NCBI GenBank assembly: GCA_965223295.1
Contig: CBDCWC010000002.1
Location: 384,001-448,000 of the forward strand
DNA: 64,000 nucleotides
From: Nitrospirales bacterium
GTDB taxonomy: Bacteria; Nitrospirota; Nitrospiria; Nitrospirales; UBA8639
Direction: 5' to 3'
Numbering within the stretch: position 1 is the first letter of the stretch; every line of letters begins with the position of its first letter. Below the pieces are notes generated by a model. It searched no databases, was not told where the DNA came from, and saw only the letters and a list, made by a program, of their open reading frames with translations. A program made the position numbers and the translations under genes. Positions 30,972 to 41,691 of this stretch are shown here, in pieces.

Positions 30972-33554
30972 ATGTCGCTCCCATCTTCTGACACACCTCA
31001 TTCTTTTTCAAATACTTCATTGTTCTATCCCCCCCAGGCCGACACGTTCGATGAGTTGATTGCTCAGGATGGATCAGTCCGTTCTCATTGGGAAGGTTTT
31101 CTGAAAGGGTTTTCGAGTCTGAATGCTACTGAAAAACAATTGGCCCAGGAAACGGCTCAACGACTGTTGAAATCTGGCGGTGTGACTCACAAGGTTGCTC
31201 AGGACGGTCGGGATTCAGATCGACCTTGGCAGTTGGATTTATTGCCCCTTCTTATTGATCAAGAAGAATGGCAACAGTTGGAAGCTGGACTTATCCAACG
31301 CGCCCGCTTGTTGAATCATATTCTGTGTGATTTATATGGTCCGCAACAGTTGTTGAAAAATGGCATCTTGCCTCCAGCCGTGGTCTTTGGCAATCCGCAG
31401 TTTCTTCAACCATGTCGAGAGGTTCAGGTTCACAGCGGAACATATTTGCATTTTTTAGCTTTTGATGTGGCTCGCGCACCTGACGGGAAATGGTGGGTGC
31501 TGAGGGATCGCACAGAGGCACCAACCGGAATAGGTTTTGCGTTGGAGAACCGTACGATTGTCTCGCGAGCATTGCCAGATCTTTTCGACGATATGCATGT
31601 GCAACGGCTTGCTCCATTTTTTCGATCGTTTAGCCAAAACTTTTTAGCCTATTCTCAGCGGGATGATCCTTTAGTTGTGGTCTTGTCTCCTGGTCCACAG
31701 AATGCGGCATATTTCGAACATGCCTATTTGTCCCGGTACTTAGGCTATCCAGTCGTGGAAGGGTCGGATATGACGGTTCGGGATGACCGGCTCTTTTTAA
31801 AAACCGTGGATGGGTTGAAACCTGTTGATCTCGTCCTGCGGCGTATTTATTCAGATTTGTGTGATCCGCTTGAACTTGCAACCGATTCCGCTTTAGGTAT
31901 TCCCGGTTTGCTGCAATCCATTCGGGCAGGACATGTCACGATGGGAAATGCGTTGGGGAGCGGACTCGTAGACAGCGAGGTGTTACTCAGTTTTCTGCCG
32001 TCACTCTGTCAGTTCTTTTTTAGTGAAGGGCTCAAGATTCCAAGTGTGGCCACGTGGTGGTGTGGGCAAACGAATGAACGAGCCTACGTGTTAGAGAACA
32101 TGCAGCAGCTCATGATTCGTCGAGTGCTCACGCCGAAGCGCAATCTCTCTCAACGACGTCTTTCTTCGTTTGGTCCAGATTTAACTGACCAGGATGTCCG
32201 CGACCTTTCTCAGGCGATTACGAGATGGGGCTATGAATACGTTGGACGGGAAATTGTTTCTCCCTCGACCACTCCATTCTGGGGAACAGAGGATCAGTTA
32301 CAACCCGTACCGATGACTCTCCGTCTTTACCTCACCGCAACAAAAGATGGCTATTCTGTGATGCCGGGGGGGTTGGCCCGAGTATCGGTGCAATCTGATC
32401 CTCGTGGGCATTGGCACGAGCCCGGAGATTTCAGCAAAGACACCTGGGTGAAGGGAGATCGTGTCTTTGATAGCCATCTCATGGACGCTTCTGCGCAGCA
32501 TCCTGTGCTTCTTCGACGAGGCGGGCGGGATCTTCCCAGCAGAACGGCTGATAATCTTTTTTGGCTGGGGCGGTATATCGAACGAGCAGAAGGAGCGATC
32601 CGTCTTTTGCGCAGCTTGTTTTCTCGAACAAGCGGGGAAGCAGGCTTGAGTGATGAACCAGACACACTCTCTCGTTTAGTGGCGTTGTTGGTCATGCAAA
32701 AGCATTTGTCTCCTAGCCGCGCTAAACGCGCGGTTGAAGGGGGAGCCGATATGGTAGAGGCGGAGCTCAAGACCATTTTGTTTGATCCAGATTCGCCAGA
32801 CGGTCTTGCGGTCATTCTGCAAAATGTTCGCCGTACGGCGGAGCTGGTGCGGCATCGCTTGTCGCAAGACACCTGGAATATTTTGGTTGAGCTCACAGGA
32901 GTCCCTAAAGAATGGGCTCGGACCAAAGGCCAAAGTATTGATGATGCCATTCGACTGCTTAGCCGAATGATCCAATATTTAGCGGCGGTAAATGGGATGG
33001 TGATGGAGAACATGACGCGTAGTTATGCTTGGCGTTTTTTAGAAATGGGCAGACGTTTAGAACGCGTTCGGCATCTTTCCAAGCTCATTCGACATCTCGC
33101 GATTCGAGGAAATCCCGAAGTCACGGGAAGTCTCAATTTGCTTCTAGAGTTAGCGGACAGTTCTCTAACCTACCGCACCCGTTATAAAGCCGACGCCAAA
33201 CTTGCCGCTGTGCTTGATTTACTTCTCGCGGATGAGACTAATCCGCGTTCTGTGATTTTTCAGATCCTCATATTTGATGAGCATATGGGGGCTCTGCCAT
33301 ATGAAGAGGCGTCTGCCTCACTGAATCCGGCCCAAAAAATTATTACCCGCATTTGTACAGATATTCGATTAACGGACATGATTCAAGTTTCAGAATTTAC
33401 AAAGAATACAAGGGTAAGGGCGAACCTAGTACGGGTGTTGAAACAATTGGATCAAGGAGTCCATCAACTGTCTGATCTCGTAGCCCATACCTATTTTAGT
33501 CATTCCTTGGCACAACGAATATCTGGTCCGCAATGGCTTGAAGGTATTCCGTGA
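30972..33554 (+). CDS. Circularly permuted ATP-grasp + alpha-E fusion
   Basis: RPWQLD.LP, AYFEHAYL, MPGGLAR, SKDTWV, then LPSRTADNLFWLGRYIERAEG and NPRSV. Confidence 0.92.
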   Translation: MSLPSSDTPHSFSNTSLFYPPQADTFDELIAQDGSVRSHWEGFLKGFSSLNATEKQLAQETAQRLLKSGGVTHKVAQDGRDSDRPWQLDLLPLLIDQEEWQQLEAGLIQRARLLNHILCDLYGPQQLLKNGILPPAVVFGNPQFLQPCREVQVHSGTYLHFLAFDVARAPDGKWWVLRDRTEAPTGIGFALENRTIVSRALPDLFDDMHVQRLAPFFRSFSQNFLAYSQRDDPLVVVLSPGPQNAAYFEHAYLSRYLGYPVVEGSDMTVRDDRLFLKTVDGLKPVDLVLRRIYSDLCDPLELATDSALGIPGLLQSIRAGHVTMGNALGSGLVDSEVLLSFLPSLCQFFFSEGLKIPSVATWWCGQTNERAYVLENMQQLMIRRVLTPKRNLSQRRLSSFGPDLTDQDVRDLSQAITRWGYEYVGREIVSPSTTPFWGTEDQLQPVPMTLRLYLTATKDGYSVMPGGLARVSVQSDPRGHWHEPGDFSKDTWVKGDRVFDSHLMDASAQHPVLLRRGGRDLPSRTADNLFWLGRYIERAEGAIRLLRSLFSRTSGEAGLSDEPDTLSRLVALLVMQKHLSPSRAKRAVEGGADMVEAELKTILFDPDSPDGLAVILQNVRRTAELVRHRLSQDTWNILVELTGVPKEWARTKGQSIDDAIRLLSRMIQYLAAVNGMVMENMTRSYAWRFLEMGRRLERVRHLSKLIRHLAIRGNPEVTGSLNLLLELADSSLTYRTRYKADAKLAAVLDLLLADETNPRSVIFQILIFDEHMGALPYEEASASLNPAQKIITRICTDIRLTDMIQVSEFTKNTRVRANLVRVLKQLDQGVHQLSDLVAHTYFSHSLAQRISGPQWLEGIP

Positions 33555-34441
33555 TGTATCAAGTCACGCATCGCACAACGTTCACCTATACCCAGCCGGT
33601 GGCTATTTCACATCATGTCTTGCGGTTAGCGTTACGCTCCCATCCTCGGCAACATTGTCTGCGATCAGCTATCGATATTGATCCTGCGCCATCTGTGCGT
33701 TCTAATAGAACAGATTATTTTGGTAATCCCCTCACGCACTTGACGATTCAAACACCGCATTCTGCGCTCGTTGTGGAGGCCCAAACCCTCGTTGATGTTG
33801 TAAAGCCCGACTTGATACATTTGGATCAAAGTCTTCCATGGGATCAGGTTATTCAACAGCTCCAGGGTTCGACCGATGCGGTGGAATTAGATGCACAGCA
33901 GTATTTGTATGATTCTCCTTATGTGACTCTTGATGATGCCACCTATGATTTTGTCTGTGATTGTTTTCCTCCAGGTCGCCCTGTGTTGGCTGGAGTGATG
34001 GATTTGACGAGTAGAATTTTTCGAGATTTTACGTATGAAGGGGGAGTGACTGATGTTTCCACACCCGTTCAGGATGTGTTGATCTCTCGAAAAGGTGTAT
34101 GTCAAGATTTTGCGCATCTGGAAATTGCCGCATTGCGGAGTTTTGGTTTGCCCGCACGGTATATCAGTGGCTATCTATTAACGCATCCTCCCGAGGGACA
34201 AGAGAAATTAATTGGAGCCGATGCTTCTCATGCCTGGCTCTCGGTGTGGTGTCCTGATGTCGGTTGGGTGGATTTTGATCCTACCAATAATTGTATTCCT
34301 AGTGATGAACATATCACCGTGGCTTGGGGTCGTGACTATGGAGATGTCAGCCCCATCAATGGCTTTATGGTAGGTGGCGGACAGCATACGCCTACGGTTT
34401 CCGTGGATGTCTCTCCTGTGAGCCTTCCTTCAATTGTCTAA
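33551..34441 (+). CDS. Transglutaminase-like protein
   Basis: DYFGN N-domain; GVCQDFAH, ASHAW, DFDPTN, GRDYGDVSP. Confidence 0.93.
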   Translation: MMYQVTHRTTFTYTQPVAISHHVLRLALRSHPRQHCLRSAIDIDPAPSVRSNRTDYFGNPLTHLTIQTPHSALVVEAQTLVDVVKPDLIHLDQSLPWDQVIQQLQGSTDAVELDAQQYLYDSPYVTLDDATYDFVCDCFPPGRPVLAGVMDLTSRIFRDFTYEGGVTDVSTPVQDVLISRKGVCQDFAHLEIAALRSFGLPARYISGYLLTHPPEGQEKLIGADASHAWLSVWCPDVGWVDFDPTNNCIPSDEHITVAWGRDYGDVSPINGFMVGGGQHTPTVSVDVSPVSLPSIV

Positions 34442-34586
34442 TATCTTGCTCTGCCCCTAGCGTAGAAGACTACTCGGGAGAAACGATTTCTTCTACTGAG
34501 GCCCTTTCAATTTCCACTTCATTTGTGGCATTTTGCCTTGAGTAATCATCCATACTCATTTTTAACCTTATGTAGGTGAACAACGC

Positions 34587-35835
34587 ATGGAATCAAAAAT
34601 GACATATCAGAAGATTGGTTCACACGAAGCCCAGAAGGGAAGCTTCGATAAATGTGTTTTGCTCTATTCGGGGGGGTTAGATACGTCCATTATGCTCAAA
34701 TGGATTCAAGAGGCTTACGATTGTTCTATTGTTGCACTCACTGTGGATGTAGGCCAACTCCATGAAGATCTTGAGGCGATCAAAGCCAAGGCGATGAAGC
34801 TTGGCGCGATAGAAGCTGTCGTCGTTGATGCCAGAAAAGAATTTGCAGAAACCATCCTTTCGCGTGCGATCAAAGCCAATGCAGACTATCAGGGCGGGTA
34901 TCCGCTTTCTACGCCTCTGGCGCGGGTGACCCTTTCAGAAGTGGCTGTTCGTGTGGCGAAAGAGCGGGGCATTAATGTCATTGCCCATGGGTCTACTGGA
35001 AAGGGCAATGATCAGGTTCGATTTGAAAATTATGTGACAACCCTTGATGTCAATATGAAAGTTATTGCACCGGTTCGGGAATGGAGCATGGGGAGAGATG
35101 AACAAATTGATTATGCCAAACAACATAATATTCCTATTAAACAGAACAAGGAGTATTTATATTCACATGACGACAATATGTGGGGTTCCACCAATGAAGG
35201 AGGAGATATTGAAGATCCTGCCTGTATTCCGGATCTCACAAAATTCCTTCAGGTTTGTGTGACTCCGGAACAGGCTCCAGATCAATCGGAGGTTGTGACG
35301 ATTGGTTTTCAGCAGGGGATCCCTTGCTCAATAAATGAGGAAAAACTGTCGTTGTGTCAGATTATTGAAAAAGCCAATGATGCTGGAGCCCGGCATGGAG
35401 TTGGCATTGTCCATTTGACTGAAGATCGTTTGGTCGGATTGAAAGTTCGTGGAGTCTATGAAGCGCCCGGCGCGGAAATTCTTATCAAAGCACATTTCAA
35501 CTTGGAAAAACTCGTGAATACGAGAGATCTGAATGAGCTGAAAAAAACTATTGACGAAAAATGGGCTTATCTGTGTTATGGGGCTAAGTGGTTTGATCCT
35601 TCCATGGATGCCATTCATGCGTTTCAGGATTCAGCAAATCACCGAGTCGAGGGAACAGTCAAGGTGAAGCTGTATAAAGGGAAGGCTGATGTTGTGGCGA
35701 TGGAGTCGCCGTATTCATTGTTTGATGCCAATTTGGCCACATTCAACAAGGATGCGAGCTTTCAATCAAAATGCCTCCGCAGGATTTATTGAGATCTACA
35801 ACCTTCCGCAGAAAATGTATAAGCGCTTTGATTAG
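34587..35835 (+). CDS. argG: Argininosuccinate synthase with a 1-nt frameshift near the 3' end
   Basis: LYSGGLDTS, HGSTGKGNDQVRF, EDRLVGLKVRGVYE. The ORF stops at 35792, but the conserved tail continues in another frame to TAG at 35835. Confidence 0.93.
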
Positions 35836-35881
35836 GTGTTTGGTAAACCTGAAGCTATGATGATCAATAGCCTTTAATTAT

Positions 35882-36051
35882 GGGGCACTTCTAAAAACTG
35901 TCCTTTTTCGCGATGGCGGCGTCAACCGCGTGCTCAAGCCTTCGGCGCGCACAGATCCACCGTGCACCCTCATGTATTTCTTTATACACTGTGGTTTTCC
36001 GCGCGCGACTTCCTTGCCTCACACAAAAATCCTAGTTTTTAGGGGTACCCC
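35882..36051. mobile_element. 170-bp inverted-repeat element (MITE/REP-like family 2)
   Basis: Ends GGGGCACTTCTAAAAACT and AGTTTTTAGGGGTACCCC are an 18-bp imperfect inverted repeat. Lies between convergent argG and glgE. Confidence 0.65.
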
Positions 36052-36081
36052 AAGATGTTTCCAGAGTTTTTAAAATCCTCC

Positions 36082-38034
36082 TTAAACTTGAATGTGAAAA
36101 ATTGCAGCAGGTTCTTGATTGGGGTCGAGGCGAATAATGTATTCATTTCCCACGACCTCATGGCGATAGTCTTGTATGAGTTCATGCATCTGATAGGTGG
36201 TGGTTTTCGTTAAGTTCAGATCTTCGAGAGGAATGGTGAGGTGGGCTTCTTGTGTGTGATAAGGGTCCATATTCACAGCACAGAGAAGGATATTGGTTTT
36301 GTCCGGTGTCATTTTTCCATAGAACAGAATGTGCTCATTGTTGCATTCGTAAAATTGTAAGTTCGTAAAAGCCTGTAAGGCTGGGTTGTCCCGACGGATC
36401 TGGTTGATGCGCGTGATATAGTCTCGAATGTTTCCGGGGCGGTCCCAGTCCCAATGCCGGATTTCATATTTTTCGGAATCCTGATATTCCTCGGTACCCG
36501 GAATCGCGCGGTTTTCGCAAAGTTCATAACTATTGTACATGCCATAGGCGGGTGACAAGGTGGCCGCGAGAAAAAAGCGGAACTTGAATGCCGGGCGTCC
36601 GGCCTCCTGAAGGATTGGTGGAAGGATGTCAGGCGTATTGGGGAAAAAGTTTGGCCGAAAATATTCTTTCATCTCACTTTGTGTGAGTTCGGTGAGGTAT
36701 TCAGTCATTTCCTCTTTCGTGTTGCGCCATGTGAAATAGGTATAGGATTGCGTGAAGCCGGCTTTGGCTAGAACTTGCATCATTTTGGGTTTGGTAAAGG
36801 CTTCTGCGAGAAAGATAACGTCAGGATGATCCTGTTGAATTTCTCCAATGAGCCACTCCCAAAAAATAACCGGTTTCGTGTGAGGATTGTCGACTCGAAA
36901 AATTTTCACTCCATGTTCGATCCAAAAAAGGAGCACACGTTTCATTTCTTGCCAGATCTCTTGCCAGGCCTTTGAGTAAAAATCAAAGCCATAAATGTCT
37001 TCATATTTTTTAGGAGGATTTTCAGCATATTTGATGGTGCCGTCGGGACGCTGTTTGAACCATTCTGGATGCTGCGTGACATAGGGATGATCAGGTGTCG
37101 CATTGATTGCAAAATCTAAGGCGATTTCCATTCCATGCTGATGAACGGCTTTGCTCAATCGGTCGAAATCCTCCAGAGTGCCAAGTGTGGGTTCAACGGC
37201 ATCATGGCCGCCATGACGACCGCCAATGGCCCAGGGACTTCCGGGTTCACCTGGTTGAGCGGTGAGACTGTTATTCCGACCTTTCCGATTGGTCTCGCCG
37301 ATAGGATGAATAGGGGTAAGATAGAGGACGTCGAAGCCCATGTCCCGAATAGCGGGAAGGCGTGCTTCACAATCTTTAAAGGTGCCTCCTTGGCCTTCAA
37401 CCGTTCCTTCCGATCGTGGAAAAATCTCATACCAAGCCCCGTAGCGGGCCCGTTCTCGATCGACAACGATGACTAATTCCCGTGGGTAGGTTGACCACGC
37501 TGCCCGTTGTTCATGCAGATCCATGAGCGTAAGGAGCTCGGTATCAAGTGCGATAGCAATTTGCGCCTCTTGGTTTGAGGCACCTTTCCATTTTTCTAAC
37601 CAGCCTTTGAGTGGGGCTTTATCGGTCCCTTTCGTATAACGAATGGCGTTAGTGAGTTGTGCTTGGCCTTCTAATAATTCGCTAGAGAGGTCTGCGATCA
37701 CTCCATGTTTTTTGGTGAGTTCGGCTCTCCAGGTTTCAAAACTTTTAATATAGGCTCCGACGGTATAGAGGTAGCGTGTATTTTCTGAAAGAAGGAAGGA
37801 TCCAGCCCAGCGATCATTGTCGACATGATACATGAGCGTTTCCTGCCATTGCTTGCTGCCCTGAATCTTATAGCGAAGAATGGCTGCGATCGTATCATGG
37901 CCTTCTTTGAATATATCGGCGGTGACTTCCATGGTTTCTCCAACGATGCGTTTAATGGGGTAGCGTCCGCCATCGAGTTCAGGTTCGACATGTTCAATAG
38001 TGATCGTTTGTAAGGTTTTGGGGAGTTTAGACAT
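36082..38034 (-). CDS. glgE: Alpha-1,4-glucan:maltose-1-phosphate maltosyltransferase
   Basis: WYEIFPRS, YAENPPKKYEDIY, FRVDNPHTKP, LAEAFT, NTPDIL, DSEKYE. Confidence 0.96.
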   Translation of the reverse strand: MSKLPKTLQTITIEHVEPELDGGRYPIKRIVGETMEVTADIFKEGHDTIAAILRYKIQGSKQWQETLMYHVDNDRWAGSFLLSENTRYLYTVGAYIKSFETWRAELTKKHGVIADLSSELLEGQAQLTNAIRYTKGTDKAPLKGWLEKWKGASNQEAQIAIALDTELLTLMDLHEQRAAWSTYPRELVIVVDRERARYGAWYEIFPRSEGTVEGQGGTFKDCEARLPAIRDMGFDVLYLTPIHPIGETNRKGRNNSLTAQPGEPGSPWAIGGRHGGHDAVEPTLGTLEDFDRLSKAVHQHGMEIALDFAINATPDHPYVTQHPEWFKQRPDGTIKYAENPPKKYEDIYGFDFYSKAWQEIWQEMKRVLLFWIEHGVKIFRVDNPHTKPVIFWEWLIGEIQQDHPDVIFLAEAFTKPKMMQVLAKAGFTQSYTYFTWRNTKEEMTEYLTELTQSEMKEYFRPNFFPNTPDILPPILQEAGRPAFKFRFFLAATLSPAYGMYNSYELCENRAIPGTEEYQDSEKYEIRHWDWDRPGNIRDYITRINQIRRDNPALQAFTNLQFYECNNEHILFYGKMTPDKTNILLCAVNMDPYHTQEAHLTIPLEDLNLTKTTTYQMHELIQDYRHEVVGNEYIIRLDPNQEPAAIFHIQV

Positions 38035-38110
38035 GATTGACTCCGTGGTAACTCAGTGAAAATAAATGGCCCGTGCGTGGAACACGTTCGATCTTATACC
38101 GTTGATTGGA

Positions 38111-41100
38111 TTAGGTTGCTTCTAAAATCTGAAGTATGCCCTCCAAGGGAATTGACACCCAATCCGGACGGTTATTCAATTCATAATTCAATTCATACAA
38201 GGCTTTTTGTAAGATATAGCCATCGAGTAAGAGCTGAATATCTTCTATCGAAGGTGGCAGGATAATCCTGATTTCCTGAATAGATAGATAGGCCTTGAGG
38301 AAGCTGACACTGACCCAGGTCTGCCAAAAGCGAGACCAGGGGGCAAGAAGGATCGCATCTTCCGGACGGACTCCTGCAACGAGTCCGATAGATGAGGTTT
38401 GGGCGGCATAATGAAAGGAGCGCAGCATGCCAGCCACATCCCTCAATGGCGAGTCCTTGAGTTTTCGAACATTGAGTGGTCTGGCCGGCTCTCCTTCAAA
38501 GTCGATAATGATAAAATCTTTTCCAGTATACAGCACTTGTCCCAGATGGTAGTCCCCATGGCAGCGGATTCGTGCGCCTTTCAGCTTATGATCGCGAATA
38601 GTCAACAGGCGTTTTCGGATCTGCCCTTCTCCGGTTAGGACTTGTTTGGCTAAAGCGTTAGTAGGTTCAGGTACATTTTTTAGATGGTTGCGTAAGAGCG
38701 GGAGAGTCAGATTCGCCGTTCCTAGCATACTTTGGTAGAGCCCTCGACGATAAAAATCAGTAAATGGTTCGGGAGTAAATGCATGTTCTTCTTGCGAAGC
38801 AGAAGCTAATGTAGCATGGAGTTCCCCTGTCCTTAACCCTAACAACCGTGCTTCTTCCAGATACGGCCCAATTCGGTCATGAGCTTCTGCTGGGAGGTCT
38901 TCATTCACCAGCGATAGCAACGGTTTGTAAGAGATGGATGATGTTTCGAGAGCATGCGGGTGGGTGAGCGCCTCTTCACAATATCGGCTCATTTCATCCA
39001 AGGTATATTGCCAGACATCACCTTCGTTCTGCACAAATTGCTGTAAGATTCCTAAGGTCAGCAGTTCTCCATTGTCTCGTTGGTATTCGATCGCGCCAGC
39101 CAATGGTGCTGTATGGGAGAACGGCTTCTGACTTAAAAAGCGACCAATTTCTAAATCGGGATTCACTCCGACTTCTACCCGTCGATATAGCTTTAACAAA
39201 AATTGATCGCCAAAGAGGATAGAGGTATTACTTTGCTCTCCTCGCATTAAGGTTGGAGTGAGTTGGGTGCCCTCTGTTTGGAGATGTCGACGAAAGGCTT
39301 TCTGAGTTTGCATGACGAGATCGCCGTGAGGCCCGTTTATGCGTCGACTTCGGGATAAACCCTTTAAGAGTGTCTGTAGAAATTCTTGTTTCCATGTGGC
39401 ATCGATGAGCAATCCTTTGTGTTCAACGTCTTTCTGTTTAATTCGAATTTGAGCAATGGTAGCAGGGGAATCCCATAGGTTTGCGCATTGTTCAACGGGA
39501 ATATATTGCAAGGGTATGAGATAGCTTTCCGGCTCACCCTCGGCGTAATCTACGTGAATGAGGGCTAAGATCGCCTGAGGATCTTCCGGAGGAATGGGAA
39601 TGACTTCAGTAACTTCTGCGGTGTGTATCCTTCGAGCCTTTCCACCGAACCACCGTTGGCTTTGTAGGTGGCGGGGCAAAATCTTTTCGAGTTTGGCTTT
39701 TTCTCGTTTATGAATGAGATGGTCCCAATCCTTTGAAATGGTGATGGAGGGAAGGGCAGATTCAGGTTGAACTGTGGGGAGAGCAACTTCAGCCGAGGAT
39801 GATTCTAAAGAAAACCAATAGAATGTATGGCCTCCAAGCGTGAGTAAGTATGGAAGATCCCCAATAGGAGGGAATTTACTTTGTCCAAACAATGTGAGGG
39901 GTTGCCGGCCTTTGAATTCCGAGAGATCCAGTTCAACCCATTGGGCGTGACGCGATAAATTTGCAGCAACCAAAATTATTTCGTCTTGAAATCGACGAAG
40001 AAAAACAAGAACTTTACGATTGTCGGGATGGAGAAATTCAATCGTTCCCCGGCCAAATACTTTGTACGATTTACGTAATGAGATAATACGCTTCATCCAC
40101 CAAAGCAATGACTGGGCATTGTTTTGCTGAAGGTCTACATTGACAGCTTCATAGTGGTATTCCGGGTCAATCACGATGGGAAGATAGAGTTTCTGAGGGT
40201 TGCCGTAGGAAAATCCAGCATTGCGATCCGCGCTCCATTGCATGGGAGTCCGGACACCGTTGCGATCACCTAAATAAAAATTATCTCCCATACCAATCTC
40301 CTCGCCATAATAAATGACGGGGGTGCCGGGCATAGAAAAGAGCAGACTGTAGATGAGTTCAATTTTCTTGCGGTCATTACCTAAGAGCGGGGCGAGGCGA
40401 CGACGAATTCCTAAGTTGATACGGGCTTGGTGGTCATGTGCGAAGACGCGGTACATGTAGTCACGTTCTTCATCGGTGACCATCTCTAACGTCAGTTCGT
40501 CGTGATTTCGTAGGAATAGGCCCCATTGGCAGGTATCCGGAATGTCTGGAGTCTGGTCGAGAATATCGATGATCGGGAAACGATCTTCCATTTGTATGGA
40601 CATAAACATGCGCGGCATGAGGGGGAAATGAAAATTCATGTGACATTCGTCACCGTCACCAAAATAGGCTGCCGCGTCTTCCGGCCATTGGTTGGCTTCG
40701 GCTAAAAACATGCGATGATCAAAATGCTTCTCGACATGGGTGCGAAGAGTTTTTAAGAAGGCATGGGTCTCAGGAAGATTTTCGCAGTTCGTTCCCTCAC
40801 GTTCATACAGATAGGGCACGGCATCTAACCTTAACCCATCAACACCGATCTCCAGCCAAAAGTCTAAGACGGTAAAGAGAGCTTTTTGAACATCGGGGTT
40901 GTCAAAATTCAGATCTGGCTGATGGGAGAAAAAGCGATGCCAATAATACGCTTTTGCGATTGGATCCCAGGACCAGTTAGAGGTTTCGGTATCTTTGAAA
41001 ATGATGCGAGTATCGGCATAGTCCTCGGCGGTGTCGCTCCAGACATACCAATTTCGCCATTTGCTGCCTGGCGAGGCTTTTCGTGCGCGTTGAAACCAAG

Positions 41101-41446
41101 GGTGTTGGTCAGAGGTGTGATTGACGACTAGTTCGGTAATGACGCGTAGTCCGCGGCGATGTGCTTCACGTACGAAGGCTTGAAAATCACGGCGGTTGCC
41201 ATAGTTTGGATGAATGTTGGTGTAATCTGAAATGTCATATCCATCGTCTCGTAGAGGAGAAGCACAAAACGGGAGGAGCCAAATAGCTGTGATCCCTAAG
41301 TCCTGCAAATATTCCAGTTTTTGGGTGAGACCTTTAAAATCTCCAATGCCGTCCGCATTACTATCGCAAAATGCCCGTACGTGGAGTTCATAAATAATAG
41401 CATCTTTGTACCAAAGAGGATCCTGATCGAGTTGATCATGTATCAT
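38111..41446 (-). CDS. treS: Trehalose synthase-maltokinase fusion (TreS-Mak)
   Basis: WYKDAIIYE, RLDAVPYL, LAEANQW, FLRNHDELTLE; C-terminal kinase with EQSNTS, HGDYHLGQVL, DFEGEP. Confidence 0.96.
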   Translation of the reverse strand: MIHDQLDQDPLWYKDAIIYELHVRAFCDSNADGIGDFKGLTQKLEYLQDLGITAIWLLPFCASPLRDDGYDISDYTNIHPNYGNRRDFQAFVREAHRRGLRVITELVVNHTSDQHPWFQRARKASPGSKWRNWYVWSDTAEDYADTRIIFKDTETSNWSWDPIAKAYYWHRFFSHQPDLNFDNPDVQKALFTVLDFWLEIGVDGLRLDAVPYLYEREGTNCENLPETHAFLKTLRTHVEKHFDHRMFLAEANQWPEDAAAYFGDGDECHMNFHFPLMPRMFMSIQMEDRFPIIDILDQTPDIPDTCQWGLFLRNHDELTLEMVTDEERDYMYRVFAHDHQARINLGIRRRLAPLLGNDRKKIELIYSLLFSMPGTPVIYYGEEIGMGDNFYLGDRNGVRTPMQWSADRNAGFSYGNPQKLYLPIVIDPEYHYEAVNVDLQQNNAQSLLWWMKRIISLRKSYKVFGRGTIEFLHPDNRKVLVFLRRFQDEIILVAANLSRHAQWVELDLSEFKGRQPLTLFGQSKFPPIGDLPYLLTLGGHTFYWFSLESSSAEVALPTVQPESALPSITISKDWDHLIHKREKAKLEKILPRHLQSQRWFGGKARRIHTAEVTEVIPIPPEDPQAILALIHVDYAEGEPESYLIPLQYIPVEQCANLWDSPATIAQIRIKQKDVEHKGLLIDATWKQEFLQTLLKGLSRSRRINGPHGDLVMQTQKAFRRHLQTEGTQLTPTLMRGEQSNTSILFGDQFLLKLYRRVEVGVNPDLEIGRFLSQKPFSHTAPLAGAIEYQRDNGELLTLGILQQFVQNEGDVWQYTLDEMSRYCEEALTHPHALETSSISYKPLLSLVNEDLPAEAHDRIGPYLEEARLLGLRTGELHATLASASQEEHAFTPEPFTDFYRRGLYQSMLGTANLTLPLLRNHLKNVPEPTNALAKQVLTGEGQIRKRLLTIRDHKLKGARIRCHGDYHLGQVLYTGKDFIIIDFEGEPARPLNVRKLKDSPLRDVAGMLRSFHYAAQTSSIGLVAGVRPEDAILLAPWSRFWQTWVSVSFLKAYLSIQEIRIILPPSIEDIQLLLDGYILQKALYELNYELNNRPDWVSIPLEGILQILEAT

Positions 41447-41691
41447 GGAAAGTTAACGCGTCATTGTTGGGAGAAATAATTGACTAGGGAATTTATGAAA
41501 GCCCAGGTGGGATCGCGAACAAATGTAAGACATTGGTGTGAATAAATGATATACAAACAAATCAGCAGGGGGTGCTTGTTCAACAGAAAGAATGTTTCTG
41601 GTCTCTCACTATTTGGCTGAAAAGGAAAAGTCTTGAGAGGTGAAATTTAGTCTCAGTAGGCTTTTCCCTGCTTAAGCGCTGAGATGTTGAT

